From positions 4,950,201 to 5,014,200 of the forward strand of contig NC_092670.1 of assembly GCF_964355755.1 (NCBI RefSeq): DNA of 64,000 bases. Direction: 5' to 3'. Every line of letters begins with the position of its first letter. Position 1 is the stretch's first letter. This DNA is from Antedon mediterranea. Taxonomy: Eukaryota > Animalia > Echinodermata. Made by a program: the position numbers and the translations under genes. The notes under the pieces are model-generated. The model saw only the letters and a list, made by a program, of their open reading frames with translations. It made no database searches and was not told the DNA's origin. This document shows positions 37,501 through 51,065 of this stretch, one piece after another.

Positions 37501-37677
37501 CGATAAGATGTTTACAATGCTGCTTGCAAGAGTTCACACTACGCCCACAAGACGTTTACAATGCTGCGTGCAAGGCGTCACACTACGTCCACAAGATGTT
37601 CACACTGCCGTCGATAAGACGTTTACAATGCTGCTTGCAAGAGGTCACACTACGTCCACAAGATGTTCACACTGCAC
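37500..37677. repeat. Truncated copy of the ZNF-upstream satellite
   Basis: Same GACGTTTACAATGCTGCTTGCAAG / CACACTACGTCCACAA subunits as 44150-44765. Confidence 0.85.
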
Positions 37678-38026
37678 ATGGTGTCTCTCCTGTGTGCACT
37701 CTCAAATGTGTCTTCAAATCTCCATTTCGTTTAAATTTCTTTCCACAATGTTCACATTCATATGGTCTCTCTCCTGTGTGTATTCTAAGATGTGCTTTTA
37801 ACTGTCCATTCCGTCGAAATTTCTTCCCACAGTGTGCACATTCATGTGGTGTTGTGTTCCTTTTACCTTCGTTCACTAAATGTGTTTTAAAATCACCTTC
37901 GAATAATATTCTCTCTTGACTGTGGTGTTCATATTTCAACTCTTCTGTTCTTGTATGTATTCCTAAATGGATCTTCAAATCACTGAACTCAAATTTATCT
38001 CCACAGTGTTCACATTTGTATTCCAT
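37667..38026 (-). pseudogene. Zinc-finger copy D: intact 5' end, 2 array fingers, then fused to satellite
   Basis: [12 protein letters not shown] start; fingers RRNGQL and KRNGDL; the linker TGETP runs into satellite-derived CAV*. Confidence 0.75.
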
Positions 38027-38703
38027 ATCTTGGATTTCGTTAATGTCCTACACTTTGAAATACGATAACTGAGACCCGACAAATCAATGATATATCTTTC
38101 TTTTTTGCTAACCTGGTTGTAAAAGTGGTAATCCTCTCTGGTCCGCAAAATATCAGCTGTACGGACGTGGCGTGAGTGAATGAAGCTTTATTTTAATTAA
38201 GGAGGGGCACAATTTTAATTAGTATTATTATTGCTTCAATTAAACAAAACAGCTTCAATAAATCTTATATACAGCTGGATAATCAAAATAAAATATAATA
38301 AATGTTTTGTATAATAATATACCACTTGATACAGTAACACATTTGCGATTTAATACTTTGTTAAAACTGTTACTGTCATAGTCGATTGAAATAGCATAGC
38401 GCATGTAACGATACACCACTACAATGTTTATATTCTTTGTATTTATTAATTAATACAAACGTTGAGAAGCAACTGTCAGTAATAAAGTTTTTATTTATAT
38501 ATTATGTGTTTATATATTCAGCAGTAGAGCCTACCCACAGTCACAGTAATAAACGTTATTTGTATATGTGTTTATATAAACAGTAACCACATTCACAGTA
38601 AGAAAATTTCGATTCAAATGGCGACCAAAAATGGTTAATACGTACAGGATTTACAATATTGTCAAAAGTATTGCAATCAATATCTCAGTTTTAAGTTTAT
38701 TCT

Positions 38704-39277
38704 CCAAGGGCCCATGAATTTACCTATTTGTGTTAAACCAAGGGCTCATAAATTTACCAAGCAAACTTGGAGTCTGAGAGATTGGAATGTTCCATTCATC
38801 GCAAATCAATACATTTGTATAAACGAATATTAAATCTATCAAAATAGTATTTTTTTTAAGAAAATCGGCCTGTCTTCAACATTATGATGCTGCACTCTAG
38901 CTGTTCAACCGGTTTTCAGCTATTAAAAACAATTATCGTAGGAGGAGATAGGAAAATGCGAATAGTATTGCAAGTTTATTCTCACAGGGCCCAAATATTT
39001 ACCTACCGTATGTGTTAAACCAAGGGCCCATGAATTTACCTATTTGTGTTAAACCAAGGGCTCATAAATTTACCAAGCAAACTTGGAGTCTGAGAGATTG
39101 GAATGTTCCATTCATCGCAAATCAATACATTTGTATAAACGAATATTAAATCTATCAAAATAGTATTTTTTTAAGAAAATCGGCCTGTCTTCAACATTAT
39201 GATGCTGTACTCAAGCTGTTCAACCAGTTTTCAGCTATTAAAAACAATTATCATAGGAGGAGATAGGAAAATGCGAA
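38704..39277. repeat. ~260-bp direct repeat pair (38704-38962 and 39020-39277)
   Basis: Near-identical blocks beginning CCAAGGGCCCATGAATTTACC and ending GGAAAATGCGAA; probably part of an unrecognised transposon. Confidence 0.85.
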
Positions 39278-40082
39278 GCCTCCTCGCATTTTTGTGGCGG
39301 GTATTTTTCAAGATGGACATCCATTAGACAGTGTATACCACGATCGGAAAACACCCCTATTTGGGGCAAATCGTTGAACTTAAATTCGTTTTAATCGTCA
39401 ATAACTAATTATCTAACTTAATTTAATTAGTAAACAGGGTTACATCAGGTGGTTAAAATCAGTACCGAAAGTACGAACCAACTTTATATACCATCGAGTA
39501 AAAATTCTAGAAGTAAGGCGCGATTTACCGAATTTTGCCCTTACGTAAATTTATATATAGATAATTCAGATAATTCAGATAATATTTATTTAGATAATAA
39601 TGAATGAATATATACAAAATAGAAAAAAAATATTAAAGTGAACATAGATAAAGCAGTAATTGGTAGTCATTATTATCATGGATCCCTTCTAGAAGTTAAA
39701 AACTTGTCTCGTAGGGACCCACAACAAAACACATTACTAAAAAAATAAAAATAACCTAGAATATATAATTATATAATTTAGGATAAAAAATTACAGTATA
39801 ATAACATAACAAACATCTTCTTTATAAAAATTATTTAAATTATATTTCAATAGTTTCATGATAATTATAAATGAAATAACTACCGATATTGGTAAATGAA
39901 AAAAAAAAAAATATGTATACATAAATTATAATTCTGAGACTGTATACATTAATACATAATTAATGAGAAGCAAAATAAACAATTCTTGAAATAAAAATAT
40001 ATTATAGGTAATATTTCGGTTGACGGTAAGTAGAGTCAAAGTAAAGTTAAATTATTGCGACGACTATAATTACTCTGTACCG

Positions 40083-41262
40083 ATACCGATGTTTGTGTAC
40101 GTAATTTAATCTTTTTCGGAGGTTGACATTATGTAACCCAAGATCGGAAAACTCTTTAGCACCAATGTGAAATCTCGAACCAAAATTTAAAAATAAAGCG
40201 TGCCATCTTGTTTTGGCCAGTTTGTAATTTATGTTTAAGATTCTGTTGACACTGCCACATACAATCCTGATGCAGAATAGTCAAATGTACTTAAAGAAGT
40301 TGACTTTTTTTCAAGCACAAACTTTGCCTTTGTAGAAACTTCAGTCTTGTCTTACGTTCACTGACAACACTAGTTATTTTTTTAATAATTTTGATATTGA
40401 AAATGTGTGTAGTAGGTCGCTTTCTTGTAGATGCTTTGTAGAATGTAATTTTTGTTTTGGTTTATTTCTGTACTCTGTTCTGGGTTGATCAACTATCATT
40501 TCCTTGCCTTTCATATTTGTCTTCTTTGTATAGTATAAGGCAGAAAACTAAATGAATAAATAGTTGCAATTATATCACATAACCTATATTGGTCAGTATT
40601 GTATATACCCAAGTATGTAACTTGCGTAGTGCTTTAATTCCACCGTAAAAACTTTTTTAAGCCTCACTCAGTTTCCTAAGGTAATACTTTTGGTTTTGCC
40701 AACGTGTAAAGATTGTGTGTGAGAGCCAAGGCATCGGTGAAATCAAAATTTTAGAAAAATTTCCATCGTGTGGAGGGCCATTAGCTTGGTCTTCTGTAGT
40801 TCCACATAACTCGGTCGATAGTTAAATAAATTAATAGACCCGGTTTTTTGCGGCGTGCATTTTGTTGAGGAAAATATTTAAGCGTGCATACCTTACTATT
40901 TTATGACGGAAAATATGGTTGTCATAATTATATTTGGTATGTTTTTGGAGCATTGGAAAATAAGAAGTATTTTCGATTACATCCTTTTAGCAGGCATTAT
41001 ATAAAGAGCCACAATCACCAGTAAATACAACATTACTATATACAATATTATTATATTTATTTAAAAAAAAAACATTTTTGTGAGATGTGAATCTATCTGG
41101 AAAACCATTTTACCCGTACAAAGTCATCATTGTGGTAATTATAGAAGATATATATTATAATAGTATAAATATATGTTGTAATGTTACCTTTATGAAAGTA
41201 TACCATTAGTCAGACCTAGTACCAATACACCAACAATATTGAAAACAATTCCAATACATAGC
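40083..41262. repeat. Segmental duplicate of the ZNF 3' flank (paralog of 30896-32160)
   Basis: Colinear near-identity from TACCGATGTTTGTGTACG to the ZNF stop region. Confidence 0.92.
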
Positions 41263-41842
41263 CTACAATTCTAAATTATGGTGTTTTCTGAAAATATGCA
41301 TTTTCAAATGAAGACTTTGTTTAAATTCCTTCCCACAATGTTCACATTCAAATAATGTCTCTCCTGTGTGTATTCTGTAATGAATGTTTAACGTTCCGCT
41401 TTGTCTAAACTTCTTTCCACAAAGTTCACATTCAAATGGTGTCTCTCCTGTGTGTGTTCTCAAATGTACTTTTAATTTCCACATGTCTTTGAATTTCGTG
41501 CCACAATATTCACATTCAAATGTTTCTCTTGTGTGCACTCTGTAATGTATTTTTAACTTACCGCCTTTGGTGAACTTCCTTCCACAATGTTCACATTCAT
41601 GGTGTTTCTGTGTGTATTCTGAAATGTATTTTAAGACCTCTTTTTCTTTGAATTTCTTTCCAAAATGTTCACATTCATATGGTGTCTCTCCTGTGTGTTT
41701 TCTAAGATGTGCTTTTAAGTGTCCATTCCGTCGAAATTTCTTTCCACAGTGTTCACATTCATATGGTGTCTCTCCTGTGTGCACTCTCAAATGTGTCTTC
41801 AACTCTCCATTTCGTTAAAATTTCTTCCCACAATGTCCACAT
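41263..41842 (-). pseudogene. Out-of-frame C-terminal fingers of copy E
   Basis: Same decayed finger block as copy C, ending HIFRKHHNLEL*. Confidence 0.75.
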
Positions 41843-43120
41843 TCATAATGGTGTCTCTCCTGTGTGTATTCTCAAATGTGTGTTTAACCCTCCACTGTGT
41901 TTAAATTTCTTCCCACAATGATCCCATTCATATGGTCTCTCTCCTGTGTGTACTCTCAGGTGCGCTTTTAAGTGTCCATTTTGTGCAAATTTCTTCCCAC
42001 AGTGTTCACATTCATATGGTGTTTCTCCTGTGTGTATTCTGAAATGTGTCTTCAAATCTCCATTTCGTTTAAATTTCTTTCCACAATGTTCACATTCATA
42101 TGGTGTCTCTCCTGTGTGTATTCCAAGATGTGTCTTCAAATTTCCATTTCGTTTAAATTTCTTTCCACAATGTTCACATTCATATGATGTTTCTCCTGTG
42201 TGCTCTCTCAAATGTGTTTTCAACTCTCCCGTTTGTTTAAATTTCTTCCCACAATGTTCACATTCATATGGTGTCTCTCCTGTGTGTATTCTAAGATGTA
42301 ATTTTAAGTGTCCATTCTGTGCAAATTTCTTCCCACAATGTTCACATTCATATGGTGTTTCTCCTGTGTGCACTCTCAAATGTGTCTTCAAATCTCCATT
42401 TCGTTTAAATTTCTTTCCACAGTGTTCACATTGATATGGTGTTTCTCCTGTGTGCACTCTCAAATGTATCGTCAACTCTCCATTTCGTTTAAATTTCTTC
42501 CCACAATGTTCACATTCATATGGTGTCTCTCCTGTGTGTATTCTAAGATGTACTTTTAAGTGTCCATTCTGTGCAAATTTCTTCCCACAATGTTCACATT
42601 CATATGGTGTTTCTCCTGTGTGCACTCTCAAATGTGTCTTCAAATCTCCATTTCGTTTAAATTTCTTCCCACAGTGTTCACATTGATATGGTGTTTCTCC
42701 TGTGTGCACTCTCAAATGTATCTTCAACTCTCCATTTCGTTTAAATTTCTTTCCACAGCGTTCACATTGATATGGTGTTTCTCCTGTGTGCACTCTCAAA
42801 TGTGTCTTCAAATCTCCATTTCGTTTAAATTTCTTTCCACAATGTTCACATTCATATGGTGTCTCTCCTGTGTGTATTCTAAGATGTGCTTTTAAGTGTC
42901 CATTCCGTTGAAATTTCTTCCCACAGTGTGCACATTCATGTGGTGTTGTGTTCTTTTTACTTTCTTTCACTAAATGTGTTTTAAAATCATCTTCGAATAG
43001 TATTCTCTCTTGACTGTGGTGTTCATATTTCAACTCCTCTGTTCTTGTATGTATTCCTAAATGGATCTTCAGATCACTGAAGTCAAATTTATCTCCACAG
43101 TGTTCACATTTGTATTCCAT
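41843..43120 (-). CDS. Zinc-finger copy E, 12 intact tandem fingers plus one Cys-to-Trp finger (425 aa)
   Basis: ATG at 43120; open 84-bp array; ends ETPL* at the same 1-nt insertion as copy C. Confidence 0.78.
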   Translation of the reverse strand: MEYKCEHCGDKFDFSDLKIHLGIHTRTEELKYEHHSQERILFEDDFKTHLVKESKKNTTPHECAHCGKKFQRNGHLKAHLRIHTGETPYECEHCGKKFKRNGDLKTHLRVHTGETPYQCERCGKKFKRNGELKIHLRVHTGETPYQCEHCGKKFKRNGDLKTHLRVHTGETPYECEHCGKKFAQNGHLKVHLRIHTGETPYECEHCGKKFKRNGELTIHLRVHTGETPYQCEHCGKKFKRNGDLKTHLRVHTGETPYECEHCGKKFAQNGHLKLHLRIHTGETPYECEHCGKKFKQTGELKTHLREHTGETSYECEHCGKKFKRNGNLKTHLGIHTGETPYECEHCGKKFKRNGDLKTHFRIHTGETPYECEHCGKKFAQNGHLKAHLRVHTGERPYEWDHCGKKFKHSGGLNTHLRIHTGETPL

Positions 43121-44149
43121 ATCTTGGATTTCGTTAATGTCGTACACTTTGAAATACGATAACTGAGACCCGACAAATCAATGATATATCTTTCTCTTTT
43201 GCTAACCTGGTTGTAAAAGTGGTAATCCTCTCTGGTCCGCAAAATATCAGCTGTACGGACGTGTGCGAGTGCCGCTTTTATTTAATTAGGGAGGGGCACA
43301 CTTTTAAACATGCTCAAGTAGCCGTTTTTGTTATGTTAAATAGCTGATGTTAAATATTGAAGACTATGTACTATTATTATATTTGGGAGGTTTTTTGGTT
43401 AAATAAATAATACAAAACGGTTTGGCAATTCGGTTTGATTCATAATATCTATGCTGTTAAATGCCCTTCCCAAAGCAACATTGTCGAGTACGGAGCGCCA
43501 ATACCACCTTCATACAAACAAATACACACAAAGGAATAGATACAATAGACATTAAGGGTTTCTGACAAATAATTTTATTTCTTATTAATAAACAGACGCT
43601 TATTAAGAACTATTAAACCGCAAAGTATTTTACGAATAAGCGAGAGGCTTCAATGAGACAAAACAGTTTAATCAATCTTATATACAGCTGGATAATCAAA
43701 ACACTATTTAATAAATTTCAATAATTGTAAATAGCTTCATATTGGTTGACTTGGTACGGTATGCTATAAAGTACCTACCTATTATTTTAACTAGGGCATA
43801 CACTAACAAAAACATTAGACAGATCATTGGCAAATTACAGGACACGAACACATTTACTCAAAATGGTTTGACCTCAAAACGTAAAGAGAAAGATTCTGAA
43901 TACGACTATTTTTTGTTTGAAGGAATTGTATGGGAAGCAGCAACCCTTAAACCACAAGTACTTAATCATTTTTACTTAACACACAAGACAACTCTTTGGA
44001 ATGAAGCAGGTATATAGATTTTGTTGGAAAAGTAACAATTCACACACACACCTATTGGATCTATGCAACTTAAATACGTAATAAGGCCTTCATAATTCCA
44101 ACAATGCTAAGAATACGTATACATTGCTGCCAACAGCAAGATGTCACCA

Positions 44150-44765
44150 CTGTCAACAAGACGTTTACACTGTCGTCAAAAGACGTTTACAGTGTCGTTA
44201 TAGCTTTAGCCACTTGTTAACAAGACGCTCGACTGCTGTCGATAAGACGTTTACAGTGCTGCTTGGACGGCGTCACACTACGTCCACAATATGTTTACAA
44301 TGCTGCTTGCAAGGTCACACTATGTCCAAAAGACGTTTACAATGCTGCTTGCAAGGCGTCACACTACGTCCACAAGACGTTTACACTGCCGTCGATAAGA
44401 CGTTTACAATGCTGCTTGCAAGAGGTCACACTACGTCCACAAGATGTTCACACTGCCGTCCACAAGACGTTTACAATGCTGCTTGCAAGGCATCACACTA
44501 TGTCCACAAGACGTTCACAATGCTGAGTCGATAAGATGTTTACAATGCTGCTTGCAAGAGGCCACACTACGTTCACACCGCCGTCGATAAGATGTTTACA
44601 ATGCTGCTTGCAAGAGGTCACACTACGTTCACACCGCCGTCGATAAGATGTTTACAATGCTGGTTGCAAGAGGTCACACTACGTCCACAATACGTTCACA
44701 CCGCCGTCGATAAGATGTTTACAATGCTGCTTGCAAGAGGTCACACTACGTCCACAATACGTTTA
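44150..44765. repeat. Composite CpG-containing satellite upstream of the ZNF unit
   Basis: Interleaved ~20-24-bp subunits GA(C/T)GTTTACAATGCTGCTTGCAA, GAGGTCACACTACGTCCACAA and CACACTGCCGTCGATAA. Confidence 0.9.
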
Positions 44766-46441
44766 TACTATATCTTGTATTCTATTTTCTTTATTGTATA
44801 CTTTAACAGATTAACATTTACAAGATAAGCCATATTCATTAAATGTACAAACGCATTGGTATTCAAGGTGGAATACAACGAACACTAACACAACAAAGCA
44901 AAATAATGTGTACATTTTAAAATACTTTTCTTCATGTACTACAAATGGAGAGAGGCATTATATACCAATAGATAAAAGTTTTGGTCATCTCTCCTTCATC
45001 TTTTTTGTGTAATGTATTATACCATATGGACAATTGTCTGAAATAAAAGTTGAATTGAATTGAAAATATACAGTTGAAAAACAACAAAGTATGTGTTTTC
45101 CGAACAACCAAGGCCATTTATGTCAGAAGCAACCAGAAACTTAAGTGATCGCAGTTTCACACAAACGGTAAGTATCTAACCGTACTGCAAACATCACAAA
45201 GTATATAGTAAAGTAACATATAATACATCAGTGTTCAACAATAAAGTAATGATTACTGCATACATACTACTACGTAAACAGGACACAGTACACACAATAC
45301 TGTAGGCCTAAAATCGTACTGCATACAATAACATTTTATCTAGTACTCAGAAATACAGTATTGTGTATACTGCATACATAATACTGTACCAACTGGATAC
45401 TGTAAAATCGGAAAATACAGTAACTAAATAGTCACACTACGCAGATTTTTACTTTACTTAAATCGCTATAAGATTGCTTTGTTTTAAAGCAAAAAAATAT
45501 ATTGTTAGAAATAATTATTATTTCTAACAATATATTTTTTTGCAATGTTATTGAATATAGCTGAAAACACAAGGTGGAACTAAAAGTACTGTGGCCAATA
45601 TTTATACAAAAATGATGTATTGACAATTATAAAATGGGTAAAATCTATTTTTTTTTTTGCAATCCATTCCAGAAGTTTCTAAAGACAGTGTTTTCTTTTC
45701 TTCTCAAATTATTTATCTTAAATTATATTGTTCCTATTCTTAAGATTTATGAACTTTTTAAAGTTAAATAAAGCACTGGATATGAAGAACAGTTCTAAGT
45801 AGACTACATGTACAATGACTGTCATTCAAATGTTAATCACAAGCATGTGACTCATTTAAATACTTAGGAGGATGTTCCTTAAATTACTACAGCACACTAA
45901 CTAGCTTATATTTCACAAAAATAATTTATTTTTTATTACAGATAGTAAAAGGCAAAACACACAAACGTTTACTATACAACCAACTTACTTTAAGACAAAT
46001 ATTTTTTAGACTGTGAATCATTAAGTCTGTTTATTTAGTCAATCTAATTTAGTAATCTAATTTTAATGAACGCATAAACCGTTGAGGGAATTATCTATTG
46101 ATTTGTTTTGAACTTTCTGAATCACAAGAGGAATGCAAGGTGAAATTAGTCAAATTTCATTTTAATAATTTATAATATAAAACTGTAATTTCAATTAAAA
46201 AATTGTTTAAATTGATTTTACAGAGAGATTCCAGATTAGTAGATTAACTAAAGCTGTTGCTCCTCTTCTTCGACAGATCTCCATTTAATATTTGTCAAAA
46301 AGAACTTTTTTTTATAATATACATGTTTCATTATTGGAGAATTAATTTCAAACTAAGTTATTCATGATTGAATTAAGTAGACATTTAACATTTTATATTT
46401 TAAATTAATATTCACACATTGCTCATAATATATAAACTTAA

Positions 46442-46716
46442 ACATGTATTGTCCCTGGAAACATAAAAAGTAAAGATTAATGAAATAATTTTGTAGTTTT
46501 AATAAATGTAACTTTTGCCAAAACAATTATGATTTTGCTTATAAATAAGACAAAATAAACAGTTAAATTTAACACACCCCCACCGAAAAAAAACCCCCTC
46601 ATTAACCTCCAGAATTTAAATTTTCCGGTTAACTATTTTTTTACCTCATGCGACAATAAAATGGCCAATTCATCAAACATTTAAAACAAAAATTATTATT
46701 TCAGGACAATATATAT
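46442..46716. mobile_element. Degenerate Kolobok-like MITE
   Basis: TTAA|ACATGTATTGTCCC ... GGACAATATATAT|TTAA with internal similarity to the family. Confidence 0.55.
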
Positions 46717-48086
46717 TTAAATTGAGTACTTTTTCTACTATTTACATGGATGGAAGTTATACATTTTATTTTCTTCAATTGCGTCAATTCAAACCAACAT
46801 CAGAAAAGAAAACTTTGTAATCTTGAAAAGAACAAAAATCAACCCGTTCTTCTTAGAATATAGGTATGAACAAGTTTTACTTTTTATTATATGAAATGAC
46901 AAATCTGATAACATATTTACTTGTGTAAGTTATAGCAAAGATTATATCAAGAATTGACAAAATAAAAACTTGTTTTTCCACAAACATTTTAAATGATTCT
47001 GTTTACCATACAAAACTAAACTTTTCTGTAATTTTGTAATTGGGGAAATGGTTAACCACTTTTGACCAAATATTTACTGGCTAAATATAAAGACTAAACA
47101 CATTTTTTTTTCATATTAAATGTAACCTGGGATCGTGCAGTTGCAGTTTAAAAAAAACCAAAATATTGTTACTGCAGTAAAGTAAAGTAGAATATGTCTC
47201 CAGGGTTCCTTAATTAAAAATAACTAAGAGAACATTATCAATCTAAGGTACTGTTATAGTTCTTATGTGTATACCAAATAAAACAAAAACAAATATTATA
47301 GCTAAACACACTTTTAGATTTTTTACACTAATTAAACTCTATTATTTTATATTTTATTTTTTTAAGGAGCAAAGATTATAATTTTTTCAGAATGCGAAAT
47401 AAACACAGATACTTTAACATATTACACTTATATACGCTTTTGTTGATACACTCAACAAATAAATTAATAATATATTAATTCATTTGAATTTTATTTTAAT
47501 TAATTTAACCCAAATTTCTATAAAGTTTATCTTTGAAACAGTTCATCAAATCCATAAAAAATTATTAATCATATTTTACAATCGAACAATAAATAAGTCA
47601 ATAGGTATTAACTAATTTGTACCAAACCAAATACTGATAATTTTATTGTAATCAATTGATCAACAACTTTATTCATACAAATTCATTTTTTAGGAGTTAA
47701 ATATACATTTCTTTAAAATATTTGGAATCAATTATAGAATCATTTGAAAATAACAATACGTTTTGTAGTATTTAAACAAATACTACTACTTCATAGTAAA
47801 TAAAGCATTAAATTAGGCCAGAGGAGAATTTCACTATTCCCTGGTTAAATAAATAATTAAATTCTAAATGTTTTTGCAGTTAAATAAATTATGGTAACTA
47901 AATTAGAAAAATTCAAAGGTGAAATTTATTTTGTCAATATTTCCATAAAAATATTACAACCAATAACAAGAATCATATTGGTAATTAAACTTAAGAAATT
48001 GATAATCATGATCATAAACTTAGGTTAGACTGGATTTTCATATTTTAGTAATTTGTAGTTAAATCAAATATATTTACAGCATATTA

Positions 48087-48184
48087 AGCTCTGTCTACAC
48101 TTTCAAACTAGTTTGAAATAAAAAGTAGGTAGTAATATGACATCATTGATTTGTCACATAAAGTTTGATAGTATAGACAGAGCT
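48087..48184. mobile_element. 98-bp Harbinger/Tourist-like MITE at the IRS stop codon
   Basis: TIR AGCTCTGTCTACACTTTCAAACT / AGTTTGATAGTATAGACAGAGCT; TTA on both sides (48084-48086, 48185-48187). Confidence 0.75.
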
Positions 48185-49242
48185 TTAGAATCTACTTTCT
48201 CTCAAACTCTGTATTGTCCTTAATCCTTCAGACTTGGTAAAATCAATTGATGCGTATGTGATACTCTGGTCTGGCTTGTCATTATCTGAGCGACGTTGAA
48301 AAGGTGACCTCGACCTCTGACCTTCACTTGATTGAGAGCTTTCATTATTGGTTATGTCAACATCGACATAGTTTAATTCTTTTTCTTCTTGTAACGATGT
48401 TTGACTCGACCGGCGAGATGAATGATGCGATGGAGGTCCAAGTCCGTCACTTGCTTTTCCATTCGGCGACAAATCTAAATTACGTAAACCTCCAGACGGA
48501 AATGACATATTTTGTACACAATCAGCTAAGCTGTTAGTCTTATCAAGGATTGGAGAAACCGGGACAACAGGAGATTTCGGTGATTTTGAGTTCCTGAATC
48601 CCATATTCATATAATCTGATGATGAATCAGATAAACCTCGGGTCGACGACCCTTCGTTATCATCAGTATTTGACTGTCTATTATTTTTCACAGAAAAATT
48701 AACATTCATATATTCAATTTTCACATTTTCATTTTTATCCAGTTCTTTTGTTTTCGGTAGATTGTTTTTGCTTCGGACGCCCTCAGAATTAGTATCAGGA
48801 TTAGGAATGGAGGGCGACATCATGGTATAAGCTTCATTTTCCGATTGATTTCCTGACTGTGGGGTTACAGTAAGTGTATAACGCACTTTCCCACTGGAGT
48901 TACTATTACTTCTCTGTGAACGCATATCACTATTGTTCCTTTTTGATGAATCCTTTTCAATTTGTTTTTCCACCTGGGAATTAAAATCTACATTAACATA
49001 AGTTTCCTTCGCTTCCGCTGAACCCACTGATCCATTGTTTTTTGTTTGGGAAAGGCTTTTCCCATTGATTTGCGACTGACGTGTGATTTTCAGCGATGTC
49101 TTGCTGCTTTTCTTTTCCAATTTCTTTTCTTTTCCCTGTGACTTTCCTTCTTTTGAATCAGAGGAAGGACTCATGAACATGTACGAATCTTGGGAATCAG
49201 TACTTGAAGATTTTTTCTTACTTTTACTCAATCGTCTTGCAA
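48185..49242 (-). CDS. IRS: Insulin receptor substrate (IRS/chico-like), terminal coding exon
   Basis: Ser-rich with YMFM, YTMM and YMNM (PI3K-type YxxM), YVNV and YMNV (Grb2-type YxN), and C-terminal LNYVDVDI and TYASIDF matching the two SHP2 sites of IRS1/2. Acceptor poly-T+GTAG at 49243, phase 1. Confidence 0.88.
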
Positions 49243-50664
49243 CTACAAAAAAAAAAACACAGTGACAATATATATATATATATAAAAAGGCAAGATGAAT
49301 TATGAAAGGTCTTCGACCTAAAGGTCCCTTCCTGTCACGGTGCTGCCAGCAAACAGTGCTTATTTGTCAGACCACAATGACAGGGTGGTTTAATATGCAT
49401 AAACACCCCATGTGCACACTGGACCTCATGACAAATATAACACAGTATGGCTTTGATACTTACTTAATGTTAATGGGTCGATTGACAAGCAATACAAGCT
49501 TAAGCTTATATGAACCTTACTTTTCTTTCTTCTTATTCATTACTATAATTATTGAATAGACGTTTGGGGGATCTGGGTACGAACAATGATTATAATATAT
49601 TAAAGATAACTGTAATATATTACTTCTATTTTCAGATGGCAATGACATTTTTGGTGAAATTCTATTATTTTGTGTATGAGGATAGTTTTTAGAATACAAG
49701 TTTTACAACACTATTTACTGGGCATGCAACATGTTTGTGTTATTAGTATAGGGAATATATTGTACACAAGTTATCAATTGTTTGGATGTGCTTTAAGCTA
49801 TGATTCTACTATCAGTACAATTCAGTGTAACATTTATAACATCATACTTTTAAATGCACAATATAGGAATATGCCCATGACCCTAGAACATAAAACCTAA
49901 AGAAAGTAGACAAAATTATTAAAAAATTACAAAAAAAATAAGAAAATTTGTCTATACAAAATAAATCATAGAAATGAAATCAGAAATAAAATTATATTTA
50001 TTACAAATAGCAAAATAAGGAGTGCTCATAACTTTCAAAAGATTTAATGAAACAGTGAAGATTTTGCTCATTCATTTTGGTTCTTATTAGACTTATGATG
50101 CTGTTCCTACGCCCCATTTACTGCCAATATACCTGCTGTTTTACACATTGCGGAATATTAATTTTATCATTAATCTTCCAACCTGAACAAACTGATATTT
50201 CTAATAACTATATGTCCTTGATATTCTCTTTAACATGTTCTGTCTTGCAACATTACGTTTTCTAATATTTGTTTTCAGTGAGTTGTGTTTAGGTGGTTTG
50301 TGTAGATGATGCAGTGTATGTGTATATCTTTTTTTACTGTTCCATGATACATGATAATATGAAATACAACTATGGTTTGATGATTGAGTGCCTGCTATAT
50401 TGGTTAAATTTGATTCTAGTTTTGGACACTAAATTAACTGGTTATAACAAGTTAGAAATACCAAAAAAGATAAAATTGATGGGTACATCATAGATTAGTT
50501 TTGAATACTTTTGTGGGATTACTACAAAATATTTCTTGAAATATATCAATCTAAAAAGTGCTATGAGTGATTTATTATAATCTGTACATACAAGAAATGT
50601 TAATAAATGTACATGCTGTCTCAATGCATTGTGCACTTTTTATCTAAATGCTTCTTTCCTATAA

Positions 50665-50935
50665 GGGTCATGTCAAGTTGGTGCTGCCAACTAAGGCGCT
50701 ATTTCGTCTGTTCACGACTGTGGCTATGTGAGCCATTACACTGAGGTAAACCTCTACTCTTCCCGAAAGATTGACAAGATTCACATGAGCATTATGCGTA
50801 CATTGAACCTACGGTATATAGTTCTTATCTGAGAAGATTCGTTCTCCCACCAAAACCATAGATGAGCAAGTCTTGAACTGTTGCCATAGGCTATGGATTA
50901 GGGTTCCATTCTCTAAACTGCTCGGCCACTCACTT
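50665..50935 (-). mobile_element. Possible degenerate tRNA-derived SINE in an IRS intron
   Basis: Minus-strand start GTGGCCGAGCAGTTTAGAG resembles an A box, in a GC-richer island; B box poorly preserved. Confidence 0.35.
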
Positions 50936-51065
50936 ATAGATTAATTGAACCCAAATCAACCCATGGGTACATAATTCAAACTGCAACAGGTGAGAAAAAT
51001 TTATTGGCGCTAATGCGAGAGTTTAGAGTGTTTGACTTTTGATTATATCAGGAGTTTGAGTTTGA

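Noticed and set aside
41843-41851. TGA in ZNF copies C/E as a selenocysteine codon, given the nearby tRNA-Sec
   Set aside because: The TGA arises from a 1-nt insertion; downstream fingers are in another frame and no SECIS was seen.
44124-44828. Cys-rich ORFs (RRLQCCLQEVTLRPQD...)
   Set aside because: Translations of satellite subunits, open in several frames.
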